From contig NZ_LN831039.1 in assembly GCF_001457595.1 (NCBI RefSeq), positions 1,200,001 through 1,232,000 on the forward strand: a stretch of 32,000 nucleotides of DNA, written 5' to 3'. This DNA is from Mycolicibacterium smegmatis (GTDB lineage: Bacteria > Actinomycetota > Actinomycetes > Mycobacteriales > Mycobacteriaceae). Position numbers and translations under genes: made by a program. Positions 8,739 through 17,707 of this stretch are shown piece after piece (within the stretch, counting starts at the first letter, position 1; each line of letters starts with the position of its first letter). The notes below the pieces were generated by a model. It saw only the letters and a list, made by a program, of their open reading frames with translations. It did no database searches and was not told where the DNA came from.

Positions 8739-9125
8739 CTACCGGCCTGTCACGCAATCCTGGACGGCTGATCCGTACTCGTCACCAGCCGAGACTCCCA
8801 GGTCACGGCCATCGGGCAGGACGGTCCGCTTGCGGGCGTCGCTGCTCAGGGCCCAGAGGGCACCGTCCAGCAGCCACACATCCGCACTCGAAACCTTGGT
8901 GCCAGATGAGTCCACGATGTTCCCACCGATGTACAGGGCCCCATCGGGGGTGGTGACCACCTTGGCGTCGGTCAGGTGTTCGTCCTTCGTGAAGGACCAG
9001 TTGATGGCCTCCACCCACTTGGCGGGGGCTTCTTCGCACTTGATGGCAGCATGGGCCTGGGGTGCGGTCAGCGGGGCCAGTGCAATGACTACCGGCATCG
9101 CCAGCAGGGTCAACATCTTCTTCAT
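8739..9125 (-). CDS. Exported protein of unknown function (cleavable signal peptide)
   Basis: 128 aa. MKKMLTLLAMPVVIALAPLTAPQAHA-AIKCEE is a classic Sec signal with an AHA cleavage site, and two Cys flank the mature domain. GAGGAAG lies upstream. The start overlaps the stop of the XRE gene (ATGA). Confidence 0.65.
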   Translation of the reverse strand: MKKMLTLLAMPVVIALAPLTAPQAHAAIKCEEAPAKWVEAINWSFTKDEHLTDAKVVTTPDGALYIGGNIVDSSGTKVSSADVWLLDGALWALSSDARKRTVLPDGRDLGVSAGDEYGSAVQDCVTGR

Positions 9126-9397
9126 TTCTCTTCCTCGAATGTTCCTGTGGCCGTTGGCCGAAGGACCAGTGTTCGTCCGTTCGCCTTGACCACCAGTTTG
9201 GCGTCCACTCCACATCCGTTCAGGTAGGACGCGAGGGTGGACAGTTTCCAGTCGGTCTGCCTCTCCAGCCGACTCACCACGGTCTGTTTGGTGCCCATCG
9301 CTTCAGCGAGTTGGGCCTGGGTGAGGTCGGCGAGGTTGCGAATTCGTGACAGCTCCACCTCCTGATCGTGGCATGGCGGATCTGCCTGTTCTTGCAT
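9122..9397 (-). CDS. XRE-family HTH transcriptional regulator (candidate prophage repressor or antitoxin-like)
   Basis: LADLTQAQLAEAMGTKQTVVSRLERQTDWKLSTLASYLNGCGVDAKLVV is an XRE/HipB-like HTH with the usual C-terminal tail. AGGAGG lies 8 nt upstream of ATG 9397. Confidence 0.75.
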   Translation of the reverse strand: MQEQADPPCHDQEVELSRIRNLADLTQAQLAEAMGTKQTVVSRLERQTDWKLSTLASYLNGCGVDAKLVVKANGRTLVLRPTATGTFEEEK

Positions 9398-9445
9398 CGC
9401 CACCACCTCCTTGGTTTGTGGCCCCGGCGGGGCCGTGCCACCAAT

Positions 9446-9466
9446 AGTACACGCATGTACTAGTAC
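9446..9466. promoter_or_regulatory. Overlapping palindromes upstream of the XRE gene (candidate operator)
   Basis: AGTACA-CGCA-TGTACT (9446-9461) is a perfect 6-4-6 inverted repeat. It overlaps the 10-bp palindrome GTACTAGTAC (9457-9466) and lies about 50 nt upstream of the XRE start codon. Confidence 0.45.
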
Positions 9467-9475
9467 GGGGACGTG

Positions 9476-9676
9476 CTATCGGCGGCGACGGGGGTGGCTG
9501 AGTGCCATCAGTCGGTAGTTGGCCAGGTGGAGGCGGGGGAGGTGTTCGTTCGTCATCCGCATCTCCACCTCGCGGGTGAGGGCGTCCAGGAGTTTGGCGA
9601 TGGTGACGGCGAGTTCTTCTTCTCGGCTGAGGGTGTGCCACCGGGTGCGGAGTCGCCGCCAGGTCTTGGTGATCAT
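9476..9676 (-). CDS. Small hypothetical phage protein (66 aa)
   Basis: ATG 9676 lies 6 nt after the stop of the upstream HNH gene in the same leftward operon. The product is helical and basic. No recognisable motif. Confidence 0.4.
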   Translation of the reverse strand: MITKTWRRLRTRWHTLSREEELAVTIAKLLDALTREVEMRMTNEHLPRLHLANYRLMALSHPRRRR

Positions 9677-9681
9677 CTTCG

Positions 9682-10395
9682 TCACGAGGCGTTGATCCTT
9701 GCCTGGACCTTCTTGCGGGCCTCGGTTATCCACTTCTTGTTCCAGGCGGACTGGCACCGTGAGCAGTATTTGTCACCCATTGGGGTGACCCTCTGGTACT
9801 CGGCCCTTGGGTGGCCTTTGGCGCACACGTCGTCACTGATGAAGGACACGAAGTCCGTTCTCTTGGAGGCCTTTTGGTAATGGAAACCGCACAGTCGTCG
9901 TCGGATATGTCCCGCTGGGGTGTCGCAACCGTTCACGGTGCAGGGTGGGTTGTCCGCGAAGGGGCCGGTGCCACGGTATTGGTGCCGCACGTAGTGCCGG
10001 CGGCAGCACCCGCGAGACTCTACAAAGTCCTCGCACCCATCCTCTTGGCATGGGGTGTCTTTCGCTAGGACGCCCCGCCGTCCATCCCGGAAGGAATGGC
10101 GAATGTTCTCCGCCTGGGTGCCGTACTTGAGGTTGTCGACGTTGTTGTTCAGGGTGTCGTCGTCCAGGTGCATGATGACCATTCCGTCAGGTCGTGGCCC
10201 AATGAATTCGGCGGCGACGAGATGGTGGACATAGAACTGCTTTTTGTCTCCCGCTTTGGATAGGGACACATACCTGTAGCCGGAACTGGCGAGTCCGCCT
10301 GAGAGAATTCCTCCCATGCGTACGCTGAACACTCGACCGTCATCGGAAATGAGGTATTCGTCCTCGAAGCCCGCAATGGGACGCCACTCGGTCAT
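9682..10395 (-). CDS. HNH homing-type endonuclease with an N-terminal NUMOD4 motif and Cys-rich C-terminal repeats
   Basis: EWRPIAGFEDEYLISDDGRVFS is NUMOD4-like. HHLVAAEFIGPRPDGMVIMHLDDDTLNNNVDNLKYGTQAEN is an HNH_3-type core. The C-terminus holds repeated C-x2-GC...C-x2-HY motifs (CQEDGCEDFVESRGCCRRHY, CTVNGCDTPAGHIRRRLCGFHY). Confidence 0.8.
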   Translation of the reverse strand: MTEWRPIAGFEDEYLISDDGRVFSVRMGGILSGGLASSGYRYVSLSKAGDKKQFYVHHLVAAEFIGPRPDGMVIMHLDDDTLNNNVDNLKYGTQAENIRHSFRDGRRGVLAKDTPCQEDGCEDFVESRGCCRRHYVRHQYRGTGPFADNPPCTVNGCDTPAGHIRRRLCGFHYQKASKRTDFVSFISDDVCAKGHPRAEYQRVTPMGDKYCSRCQSAWNKKWITEARKKVQARINAS

Positions 10396-10574
10396 TCGCC
10401 CCCCTCCCCGAGGAAGGCCATGATGGAACTCCGCACAATGTAAGTACGGGCCCCGATAACAACGGACTTGACCTGGCCCTGTTTGACCAGTTGATCCACC
10501 AGCCGGCGGTCGATCCCCAGGACCCGAGACGCCTGGGCAATGCCCATGAGGGCACCTGATTCATTGATTTTCAT
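10392..10574 (-). CDS. Small HTH DNA-binding protein (excisionase/MerR-like fold), first gene of the leftward early operon
   Basis: 60 aa. LMGIAQASRVLGIDRRLVDQLVKQGQVKSVVIGARTYIVRSSIMAFL matches the helix-turn-helix_17/excisionase pattern. ATGA overlap with the downstream HNH gene. Confidence 0.65.
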   Translation of the reverse strand: MKINESGALMGIAQASRVLGIDRRLVDQLVKQGQVKSVVIGARTYIVRSSIMAFLGEGGE

Positions 10575-10779
10575 TTGGTATTTCCTGATTTTCTACAGAT
10601 CGGCCAGCGTCGAATGCCAGACCGTAAGTGGCGAATTCCCATTGAATTAGGAGCGCCGAGGAGAGGTTTTCCTTCTCTCTGATTTCAGAATAAGCGACGA
10701 TTCGCAAAATTAAGCAAAATTATGTGTAATCTACATCACAAAAGCTTGACAAATGAACGCCGAGGAATGGCGGATCTAT

Positions 10780-10788
10780 TGATAGAAT
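10780..10788 (+). promoter_or_regulatory. Extended -10 promoter element (TGATAGAAT) for the rightward operon
   Basis: A perfect TGn-TAnnnT extended -10 in the AT-rich divergent intergenic region (10575-10938). No good -35 lies at 17 bp. The TTGACA at 10746-10751 is 31 bp upstream, which is too far. Confidence 0.45.
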
Positions 10789-10938
10789 TAAAGGGAGAAG
10801 GGAATAAAACCCCCCACCACCTGCAAACCAACGGCAGCCAACGCCACCCGGCGTGGCGTCCAATAACGGTGCAGGAACCCCGGTAGCGTCCGCATTGGGA
10901 ACTGTGGGCTTGGGAGACGACCTTTTAGAGGAGAACCC

Positions 10939-11100
10939 ATGTCCAGAACACCCCACCATCGCTCTCGCGTTCAAGACGAACTCGAACGCCAGCAACGTGA
11001 AGAAGAACTGATCCGCGAAGCCGCCCGCACCGGGAACTGGAGCAAGCTGGAGGCCCTTGCCTCCGCAGACCTCCGCAAGGCCCGCAAGGAACTCTCGTGA
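10939..11100 (+). CDS. Small hypothetical protein (53 aa), first rightward ORF
   Basis: It is absent from the ORF track because it is under 60 aa. AGGAGA lies 5 nt upstream of ATG 10939. Translation: MSRTPHHRSRVQDELERQQREEELIREAARTGNWSKLEALASADLRKARKELS (charged helical). Confidence 0.45.
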   Translation: MSRTPHHRSRVQDELERQQREEELIREAARTGNWSKLEALASADLRKARKELS

Positions 11101-11237
11101 GCGCCGCCGCGGCTGGTTCCGGCTCCATCGAGGCCTAAATCGAAGAAGAAGGGCTTCTGGACTCGACAGAGGGCATCCAAGAGGAGAAGAGAATGAAAAC
11201 TGGTGTAAACCAACCGAATCTGGTGGTTCTGGCGTAG

Positions 11238-11780
11238 ATGGCGACGTACCACAAAGCAACACCCCGGTACGTGATGTCGTTCAACCAGTTCTGGGAGAAC
11301 CAAGCGTTCAACACCGACCTCACCCTGTGGCAGCGAGTGTTCGCCTTTGCGATGTCGCGTCACCTACCGAACCTCCACACACCATTCGAGCCCGGGCAAC
11401 TGGAAAAACTCCTCGGGGTCCAGCCGGATGGAACCGTCAAAACCATTCACCGGCAGAAGCTGTGGGAAGCGATCAACCACTTGAAGAAGATTGGCTGGCT
11501 GGATCAGTCGTCCGACCGGGAATGCCTCGTGCTTCCAGCCGAGGGCTTCGCGACAGGGATGAGGGGTAACAACAAGCCCTGCCCGCACCATTGCCAGGAG
11601 GCTCCAGCTCCGTCGAATGTGGTGTTCATTCGGGACCGCTCCGTTCCGTGCTCGAGTCCCAATGAAAGAGAATCTAATAGGGACGAAGCAAAACGGCAGG
11701 CCAGGGAAGTTTTGCGTCCCGAAAAACGGGACATGATGTCCCCAAAAACGGGACAAGCCCCGGAGGTGGTCGTCTCATGA
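11238..11780 (+). CDS. Hypothetical phage early protein (possible winged-helix DNA-binding N-domain)
   Basis: 180-aa ORF in the rightward operon. The stop overlaps the next start (ATGA at 11777). The N-terminal half (...LWEAINHLKKIGWLDQSSD) resembles a winged-helix fold, but this is weak. ATG 11274 is an alternative start. Confidence 0.5.
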   Translation: MATYHKATPRYVMSFNQFWENQAFNTDLTLWQRVFAFAMSRHLPNLHTPFEPGQLEKLLGVQPDGTVKTIHRQKLWEAINHLKKIGWLDQSSDRECLVLPAEGFATGMRGNNKPCPHHCQEAPAPSNVVFIRDRSVPCSSPNERESNRDEAKRQAREVLRPEKRDMMSPKTGQAPEVVVS

Positions 11781-12307
11781 CCGTGAAATGCCCAGTATGC
11801 AGCCAGTTTGTAAAGGTGAACTCCCGAGGAACCCTCCACCGGCACGGCCCTGCATTCCGTTGCCCGACTGTCGGACTCACCCCGGGCGAGATTGAGATCC
11901 TTCTTCAGGAAGGTCGACTCCCGGAGCTGACTGAGGAGCAGCGGCTCGGTGCGGTGTGTCCGGTGTGTGACCGGCGGATCAAGCTCACCAGGGCGGGATG
12001 CTTCCATCGCCACGGCCCGGAACCGTACATCTGCATGGGGTCGGGGCATTCTCCCGAGGTGGCTGCCAGATACAACCTGCCGCCGCTGTCCGAGGACCAG
12101 CTGGAGCTGTTCAGGCAGTGCTGGCGGACGGGCGACCCCCGGCCCGTGGAGGACGAGTTCGGCATCACCTGCTGGAAGGTCGGCCGGTATGCGTGCGACC
12201 GATTCGACTTCGACGGGATGCTGGCGGAGATGATCAAGTTCAACCGGAAGTGGATTGAACTCCTCATTGAACGCTCCAAAGCCCACTGGGAGGGCGTGGA
12301 ACGGTGA
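11777..12307 (+). CDS. Hypothetical protein with two tandem zinc-ribbon-like repeats
   Basis: Internal duplication: CPVCSQFVKVNSRGTLHRHGPAFRC and CPVCDRRIKLTRAGCFHRHGPEPYIC. ATGA coupling to the upstream gene. Confidence 0.6.
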   Translation: MTVKCPVCSQFVKVNSRGTLHRHGPAFRCPTVGLTPGEIEILLQEGRLPELTEEQRLGAVCPVCDRRIKLTRAGCFHRHGPEPYICMGSGHSPEVAARYNLPPLSEDQLELFRQCWRTGDPRPVEDEFGITCWKVGRYACDRFDFDGMLAEMIKFNRKWIELLIERSKAHWEGVER

Positions 12308-12413
12308 ACCCGGCTGGAACAGTGGAACAGCCCCCCCATATGCAGGCGGTGTCCCACTGTTCCGGTTCCGGTGTTGGTGAAGGAATCGGAGAGGGCAGTA
12401 GGGAAGTTGAGGT

Positions 12414-12893
12414 TTGCAGCTCGCTGAACTGATTCGGGAACTGGTGGAACCGAAGATGGTTGGGGGCGTGAAGATGTGCTCGGTCCTGGACCAGCTCCAC
12501 GCCCTTGGCCGTCCCCGAAATCTGATCATTGAGATCGAACAGACCGCCGCCAAGTGGTACCCGGAACTGGCCTCCACGGCTGATCGGCTTCGCATCGTCG
12601 CCAACAACCCGAAGGACTCCGAGGCGATGGCAAGGACTGTGAAGAGTTGGATTCGTCGGGCCGACCGGGTGTTGAACCCGAAGCCCCGCCGGTTGATCCC
12701 CGGCCAATGCCCAGAGTGCGGTGCCTCCGAAGTGGTTCGAGACCATCGTGGTGAAGAAGTCCGCCAACCAACCCTCCTTGTCGGTGTTGATGGTTGTGAG
12801 TGCCGATCTTGTCGGGCCGTGTGGGAACCGGACCAGCTGCTGGACTTGGCGAAGTATCTCGGGTTCCCGACACCAGAAGGTGTGTGCGCGTAG
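12414..12893 (+). CDS. Hypothetical protein with a C-terminal CxxC...CxCxxC zinc ribbon
   Basis: TTG 12414 is the first start after an in-frame TGA (12408-12410), with GGGAAG 7 nt upstream. CPECGASEV...CECRSC is present. The stop TAG overlaps the next GTG start. Confidence 0.5.
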   Translation: MQLAELIRELVEPKMVGGVKMCSVLDQLHALGRPRNLIIEIEQTAAKWYPELASTADRLRIVANNPKDSEAMARTVKSWIRRADRVLNPKPRRLIPGQCPECGASEVVRDHRGEEVRQPTLLVGVDGCECRSCRAVWEPDQLLDLAKYLGFPTPEGVCA

Positions 12894-13813
12894 TGAAAAT
12901 TGTCGTCCTCGGGAACCGCATCGAGTCGGGTCGCGTCTTTGAGTCTTGGCGTCCCGACTGTGTTGAGGCCCTCAAGCAGTTGGGCCACCAGGTCACGGCC
13001 CTGCCATTCGGTTCGGTGGCCGTGCCACTCCTTCGGAATGTCGCCAAAGACGCCGACATGCTGCTGTGGCTCAAAGATGAGCCCCCCTCGCCCGCTGAGG
13101 AAGTGATCGACGCTCTGCGGAGCCTGGAGGGTCGCGGCGTGGTCACGGTCGCCCTCCATATGGACCTGTTCCATGGGGTTGAGCGCCGCAAGGACCTGAT
13201 CGGGAAGTTGCCGTGGTGGACATGCCAGTACGTGTTCACCGCTGATGGCGGTGACCGGGACTGGGGTGGAGTGAACCATCGATGGTTCCCGCCGGCATTC
13301 GGCACCCGGTACCTGGGGCTGTGGGAGGCTGACGACCGGTACCGGCACAAAGCAACGTTTGTCGGAACCCACTCGCAGAGGATTCATGGTGATCACCGTG
13401 GGGCCCTGTTGCAGTGGGCGAACGGAACCTATGGGTGCGACTTCCGGCAGTACGGCACCAAGTCGTCTCCGGTGTGGGGCAAGAAGCTGAACAAGCTGTA
13501 CGCGACAGCCGATTTGGTGCTGGGCGATTCGGCCCCGGCCCCGTTCTATTGGTCTGATCGCGTTCCCAGAACCCTCGGCCGAGGCGGCATCCTCGCCCAT
13601 CCCCGCGTCCCCGGCATGGAGGAACAGGGCTTCACCGACGACGTGATGATCCTCTACGACCGGTTCGACTTCGCGTCCATCAAAGAACGTCGTGACTCAA
13701 TGACCGCAGCCGAAGTTAAGACGATGCGGGAGAACGCAGTTCAGGTTGTTCGAGAACGCCACATATGGCCGGTGGCGATGACTCGCGTACTTAAGGAAGT
13801 TGGGCTGGCATGA
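12893..13813 (+). CDS. Glycosyltransferase-like protein (CgeB/DUF3880-type, GT-B C-terminal half)
   Basis: GTG 12893 (TAGTG overlap). The pattern VKIVVLG..., KATFVG...., LNKLYATADLVLG, SDRVPRTLGRGGILAHPRV.GMEEQGF.D.V.ILYD......IKE........AEVKTMRENA...V.ERH fits my recollection of the CgeB spore-maturation-type glycosyltransferase family. Confidence 0.55.
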   Translation: MKIVVLGNRIESGRVFESWRPDCVEALKQLGHQVTALPFGSVAVPLLRNVAKDADMLLWLKDEPPSPAEEVIDALRSLEGRGVVTVALHMDLFHGVERRKDLIGKLPWWTCQYVFTADGGDRDWGGVNHRWFPPAFGTRYLGLWEADDRYRHKATFVGTHSQRIHGDHRGALLQWANGTYGCDFRQYGTKSSPVWGKKLNKLYATADLVLGDSAPAPFYWSDRVPRTLGRGGILAHPRVPGMEEQGFTDDVMILYDRFDFASIKERRDSMTAAEVKTMRENAVQVVRERHIWPVAMTRVLKEVGLA

Positions 13814-14520
13814 GCGTCCGACACATCATCATGGCTGCCGGTGAAGGAACCCGATGGGGCAATCACACCGGAGTGCCGAAGCATCTGATTTCCCCGCTGG
13901 ATGACGGTGAGGCGTTGTTGGCACGATTGGTGCGGCAGCTCCACGAGCGGGGCGAGAACGACGTGATCGTGACCGGCCCCCAGGACTACAAGGACTACCT
14001 CCCCGACCATGTTCAGGTCGTCACCCCGGATGTTTTGGGTGACACCGATGAGTGGCTGGGGGTGACCAAGTTCCACAACACGGTGCCGCATTGGTCGTCT
14101 ACCGGCCGCACGATCCTCTATTGGGGTGACTGTTGGCTTGATGACTGTGTGGTGGACGCGATCACCCGGTACGAGGCTCGCCGTTGGTTGAACTGGTGCC
14201 GCGTCAACAAGTCTCGGGTCACTGGTTGCCCATACGGGGAAAACTTCGCTGTCTCGTTCTTCCCAGAGCACCACAGCAAGTACCTGGAGGCAATGCAGAT
14301 CACGGCTGATGCTCACCGGGACGGTGAAATCACTCGGTCGGGCGGTTGGGAGGTGCTGCGGGCTTACGCCGGGGCGCGGGGACCGAAGATCCGCACCATG
14401 AACCGCAACCTGCCGCAGGTCCGCGATGTTGGGTATATGGGCACATCGTTCTCTGACGACTTTGACAAGCCAGAGGACTTCGACCGGTGGCAGAAGAACT
14501 GGAAGAAGCGGAATGCCTGA
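13810..14520 (+). CDS. Sugar-phosphate nucleotidyltransferase-like protein (GxGxR motif)
   Basis: ATGA overlap. The N-terminal IIMAAGEGTRWG....PKHL matches the nucleotidyltransferase signature (G-x-G-T-R-x(n)-PK) of GlmU/RmlA/LicC-type enzymes. The C-terminal half is unassigned. Confidence 0.6.
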   Translation: MSVRHIIMAAGEGTRWGNHTGVPKHLISPLDDGEALLARLVRQLHERGENDVIVTGPQDYKDYLPDHVQVVTPDVLGDTDEWLGVTKFHNTVPHWSSTGRTILYWGDCWLDDCVVDAITRYEARRWLNWCRVNKSRVTGCPYGENFAVSFFPEHHSKYLEAMQITADAHRDGEITRSGGWEVLRAYAGARGPKIRTMNRNLPQVRDVGYMGTSFSDDFDKPEDFDRWQKNWKKRNA

Positions 14521-15790
14521 CTTCGGCACCGATGGCATCCGGGGTGATATTTCCCCCGAGTTCGCCAAATCTCTCGGCATTGCGATTTCCCGGTTCGGCA
14601 ACCAGGTTGTGGTTGGTCGAGACACCCGCATCAGCGGCCAGGAGCTGGAGGACGCCCTCGTTGAAGGGCTTCGCTACGGCGCGAATGTGCAGCGGGTTGG
14701 GGTGGTGCCCACGCCGGCCCTGTCTTACTTCACCACCGACATGGGCGTGATGATCACCGCCTCCCACAATTTGATGCCCGACAATGGGTTCAAGATTTTC
14801 GGGCGGCTGGGCTACAAGCTGAACCCGGCTGGTCAGAAGCGGGTCCAATACTTCATTGGCGTCCCCGCGGTCAACGCTGGCGGCATGGAGGACACCCGCC
14901 TGCCCGGGTTGCTGGATCACTACATTCGTCGCGTCAGCAGGGTTGTGAGGGGCCTCGCCGGCCTCAAGATCGTGGTGGACTGTGCGAACGGTGCCACCCA
15001 CCGGGCCGCCCCCGAGGTGTACGCCAACGCCGGGGCTGAGGTCGTCGCCATCAACACCACCCCGGACGGCTGGAACATCAACCAGGATTGCGGCTCCACC
15101 AACCCGAGGATGCTTCAGGAAGCGGTCCTCACCCACCGGGCCGACCTTGGCATCGCTCACGACGGCGACGGGGACCGGGTCATCATGGTGGACGCCAACG
15201 GACAGATCGTTGACGGGGACGGCCTGCTGGCCGTTCTGGCGGTCGGCATGAAGGAGCGGGACGTTCTTACCGACGACACCATCGTGGTGACCCGGCTGAG
15301 CAACTCCGGGCTGTGGACCCGGCTCCGCGAAGACGACATCCGGGTGGCGGTGACCGATGTGGGTGATCACCATGTGGCGGAGCGGTTGCAGCGGAGGGGA
15401 TTGGCCCTCGGCGGGGAACCGTGCGGGCACATCATCATCCCGAAGTTGTTCCCGTCCAGTGACGGCATTCTCACCGCGATGAAGGTGATGTCGATCATGG
15501 TTGAATCCGGTGCCTCGCTGGCCGATTTGGCCCATTTCGACCGGATACCGCAATCTCACATCAACATCCCCGCCCGCAAGCCCAGTATTGCCGCCCAGAT
15601 GGCCCGTGAAGCGATTGACGAGATCGTTGAGGGTGTCGGCAAGGCGGGACGGATCATCGTGCGGGAGAGCGGCACTGAGCCCGTTGTCCGGGTGATGGTT
15701 GAGCATCCCACCGACGCGGACGGGCTGGCCCACGAGGTGGCCACCCACATCGAACAAGCAGAACTTCGCGCCCAGACTCTGGGTGTGTGA
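14513..15790 (+). CDS. glmM: Phosphoglucosamine mutase-like phosphohexomutase
   Basis: The four alpha-D-phosphohexomutase boxes are present: FGTDGIRG near the N-terminus, active-site loop TASHNLMPDNGFKIF, metal loop AHDGDGDRVIMVD, sugar loop GGEPCGHII and phosphate loop RESGTEPVVRVMVE. 8-nt overlap with the upstream gene. Confidence 0.85.
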   Translation: MPDFGTDGIRGDISPEFAKSLGIAISRFGNQVVVGRDTRISGQELEDALVEGLRYGANVQRVGVVPTPALSYFTTDMGVMITASHNLMPDNGFKIFGRLGYKLNPAGQKRVQYFIGVPAVNAGGMEDTRLPGLLDHYIRRVSRVVRGLAGLKIVVDCANGATHRAAPEVYANAGAEVVAINTTPDGWNINQDCGSTNPRMLQEAVLTHRADLGIAHDGDGDRVIMVDANGQIVDGDGLLAVLAVGMKERDVLTDDTIVVTRLSNSGLWTRLREDDIRVAVTDVGDHHVAERLQRRGLALGGEPCGHIIIPKLFPSSDGILTAMKVMSIMVESGASLADLAHFDRIPQSHINIPARKPSIAAQMAREAIDEIVEGVGKAGRIIVRESGTEPVVRVMVEHPTDADGLAHEVATHIEQAELRAQTLGV

Positions 15791-15805
15791 TTTACCGGAG
15801 GTTGC

Positions 15806-16154
15806 ATGACCATCAAGCTTGGCTGGGAGCCCCACCGCATCAAGCCAATCTTCTCCAAGGGTGTCGATTGGATTGTTTCCGTTGAGCCCGAGGGCGATTC
15901 ACCTGTGTGGCCAGAAGGGGCGACCGTCACCGCGGTTGTCTACGACAAGGCCACCGACGTGTCCGCACCCTTGGACGAGTGGATCGTCCTGTACTCGTGG
16001 GAGGGCACCATCCAGGACGACGTCCTGACGATCCGGGCTGAGTCGGCGGACACCGACATGGTCCCGGCAGGCTCCCTGATGAGGATTCGCGTCAGCTTCC
16101 CCAATACCCCGAACACCGACGACTACCTGTTCGCCAAGGGCGTGGTGGCCCGCG

Positions 16155-16162
<8 letters not shown>
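15806..16162 (+). CDS. Small hypothetical phage protein preceding the fibre genes
   Basis: 118 aa, with GGAGG 7 nt upstream of ATG 15806. Its stop overlaps the start of the collagen-like gene. No motif that I can name with confidence. Confidence 0.5.
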
Positions 16163-17058
<896 letters not shown>

Positions 17059-17062
<4 letters not shown>

Positions 17063-17691
17063 AGGTCTACTTCGGTGACCAGCCCCTGGACGAAGCTGTG
17101 TCGGTGTACTCCGGTGGGTACGCGGCAGCCGTCTATGTGGGCGACACGAAGCTGTGGCCAACCGAAGCTGTCACAACGATTTACAGCACAGCGGGCTCCA
17201 AGTCCTACACGTTCCCCACATGGTTCCGGCTGGGGGTCGATTACCTCGATGTCATCGCACTGGGCGGCGGGGGTGGCGGGTACCGGCCCGGATCGGGGCA
17301 GACCCAGGCACCCACAGACGGTGAGGATTCAGTGGTGGTTGTGCCGACCGGCTCCGGGGATGTCTCGGTTACTGGCGATGGAGGAGCGTTCAACTCGTCC
17401 AATGGAACCCTCCCAGGGCACGCAAATGGTGCGACGGCAATCAGCATGATGTTCAAGGGCACCTTCTATTTCGAGCCCACTTCAGGTAAGGGCGGCGATG
17501 GGGTTGCCGTCACGGCTGGGGTCATCGGCCGCGGCGGGACAGGGGGCAGCTGGGGGACAAACACCCTTCAGCCCACAGGTGCGATCACCGTCACCGTGGG
17601 TGCGGGCGGGCTGCCGAGAGTGACCACATTTGGAAGTGCTTCCCCAGGAAATCCTGGCAAGGTTTGGATCATCGCCTACCCGGCGGAATAA
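17059..17691 (+). CDS. Glycine-rich domain protein (minor-tail-like)
   Basis: GTGA overlap. [18 protein letters not shown] followed by G-rich stretches ([24 protein letters not shown]) is the pattern seen in actinophage glycine-rich minor tail proteins. Confidence 0.6.
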
Positions 17692-17707
17692 CGAAAGTCA
17701 TTGAACA

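Noticed and set aside
9303-9641. 112-aa Pro/Arg-rich minus-strand ORF overlapping the XRE gene start and the small 66-aa gene
   Set aside because: It is out of frame with two better-supported ORFs, has a low-complexity composition and has no RBS.
10746-10751. Consensus -35 hexamer TTGACA as partner of the TAGAAT -10
   Set aside because: It lies 31 bp from the -10 hexamer, far beyond the 16-19 bp optimum. The promoter call therefore rests on the extended -10 only.
11504-13600. 698-aa ORF on the minus strand spanning several plus-strand phage genes
   Set aside because: It is antisense to a chain of tightly coupled plus-strand genes with recognisable motifs. The product is Arg/Pro/Gly-rich and low in complexity, as expected for a stop-poor antisense frame in high-GC DNA.
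14330-15835. 501-aa minus-strand ORF opposite the GlmM-like gene, and the 486-aa plus-strand ORF (21242-22702) opposite the transposase
   Set aside because: In each case the opposite strand carries unmistakable family motifs (phosphohexomutase boxes, ISL3 transposase). These are high-GC antisense artefacts.
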